From Paraglaciecola sp. (GTDB taxonomy: Bacteria > Pseudomonadota > Gammaproteobacteria > Enterobacterales > Alteromonadaceae): a DNA stretch of 38,974 nucleotides. Where the stretch lies: the NCBI GenBank assembly GCA_047622205.1, contig JBLHNW010000001.1:1-38974 (forward strand). Reading direction: 5' to 3'. Below, one piece after another: positions 38,148 through 38,974 of this stretch; the first letter of the stretch is position 1, and each line of letters opens with the position of its first letter. The position numbers were made by a program, and so were the translations under genes. The notes under the pieces were generated by a model. That model was not told the origin of the DNA. It searched no databases and was given only the letters and a program-made list of their open reading frames with translations.

Positions 38148-38974
38148 TTAGGGTTTGCGAAATTTCAGTGTCATTCTATTGGATTCACCAATCGCGGCGT
38201 ATGTAGCTTTTAACTCAACATTGTCGCCGCTGGTAGCATAACTCGGGGGAAGTCTCCAAACTATGTCATCTGCAGTGGGTTGGTCTGCAGGGTTTAGATT
38301 GATATCGCTGCTGCCGACATATTCAAATCCAGCGGCTTGCATGCGCTCTATTACGAATGACTCTTTAAGATAGCCTTTGGAGCCATCTGCCCATTCATCC
38401 GACGCATCATCCGGCGCTTTATGTTGAACCACGCCAACGATACCGCCAGACTTAAGTGCTTGATAGGCTTCAGATAAAGTTTCTGTCAGGTAGCTACCAT
38501 CATTTTCAAAACGAGCCAAATTGTGCAATGCGCGTATAAATACGATGGCATCAACGGTGCCGTTCATCCCACTTGGCATTGAATTCATTTGATAGGCTCT
38601 TACTTTCGCATCCCCGTCATTACGCCATTCTTCGGCTTCTGCAGTCCAGGTTTGAACCCAGGTTTTTTTAGCTTCAAGCCTCTCTTCACTGAAAAAACCA
38701 AATTTAGGGAACATATCGGCAGCGTAATCGGCGCCTATTAGATGTCCCTCACTGCCTAAATAGGGCAGCAATATCTTGCTATACCAGCCACCACCTGGCA
38801 GGGCTTCAATAACTGTCATGCCAGGCTTAAGATCAAAAAACTCCAGTACCTGTTGTGGATTTCTTGCCGAGTAGCGGGCTTGCACCTCTGGGGTTTGTAA
38901 CGATAAAACTTCAGCGATTGTTGTGGCTGAGGTGCCTTGCTCTTTGGCCGTTGAAGTAGCTGCCTCAGTTTTAG
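38148..38974 (-). CDS. Class I SAM-dependent methyltransferase-like protein (5' end outside the window)
   Basis: RNPQQVLEFF, VIEALPGGGWYS, IRALHN, LKSGGIVGVVQH, AAGFE, NPAD, VWRLPP, IGESNRMTLKFRKP; the frame stays open to the window edge. Confidence 0.85.
   Translation of the reverse strand, partial: KTEAATSTAKEQGTSATTIAEVLSLQTPEVQARYSARNPQQVLEFFDLKPGMTVIEALPGGGWYSKILLPYLGSEGHLIGADYAADMFPKFGFFSEERLEAKKTWVQTWTAEAEEWRNDGDAKVRAYQMNSMPSGMNGTVDAIVFIRALHNLARFENDGSYLTETLSEAYQALKSGGIVGVVQHKAPDDASDEWADGSKGYLKESFVIERMQAAGFEYVGSSDINLNPADQPTADDIVWRLPPSYATSGDNVELKATYAAIGESNRMTLKFRKP

Noticed and set aside
1-38974. CRISPR array, prophage, IS transposase, integron or defence system
   Set aside because: No regularly spaced repeats and no such protein motifs. 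The exonuclease, GNAT and methyltransferase genes are isolated and lack partner genes.

Overview
Chromosomal segment of a marine gammaproteobacterium, probably Alteromonadaceae (Paraglaciecola/Aliiglaciecola-like; inferred from gene content and order). Core blocks are hemC-hemD-hemX-hemY plus tRNA-Arg(CCG), cyaY, and gmk-rpoZ-spoT-ridA-trmH...recG-rsmJ. Main accessory features: (1) a nine-gene, eukaryote-like kynurenine/3-hydroxyanthranilate tryptophan catabolic cluster (4881-13760). It lacks the usual bacterial lower meta-cleavage genes and instead carries an atypical SDR with no catalytic Tyr, a candidate for the unassigned reduction to 2-oxoadipate. (2) A two-gene PepSY-TM operon whose second gene is fused to a complete NqrF-like 2Fe-2S/FAD/NAD module (34591-37151), suggesting a self-contained NAD(P)H-driven di-haem trans-membrane reductase. 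(3) An ABC-2 exporter bracketed by two inverted ERIC elements, with eroded relics of a LysE gene and a DesR-like regulator beside it. (4) Two tandem secreted CPYC peroxiredoxin-like genes, separated by a MITE-like repeat, inserted between trmH and recG. No CRISPR array, rRNA, integrase or transposase was seen. All calls come from reading motifs; no database searches were run.
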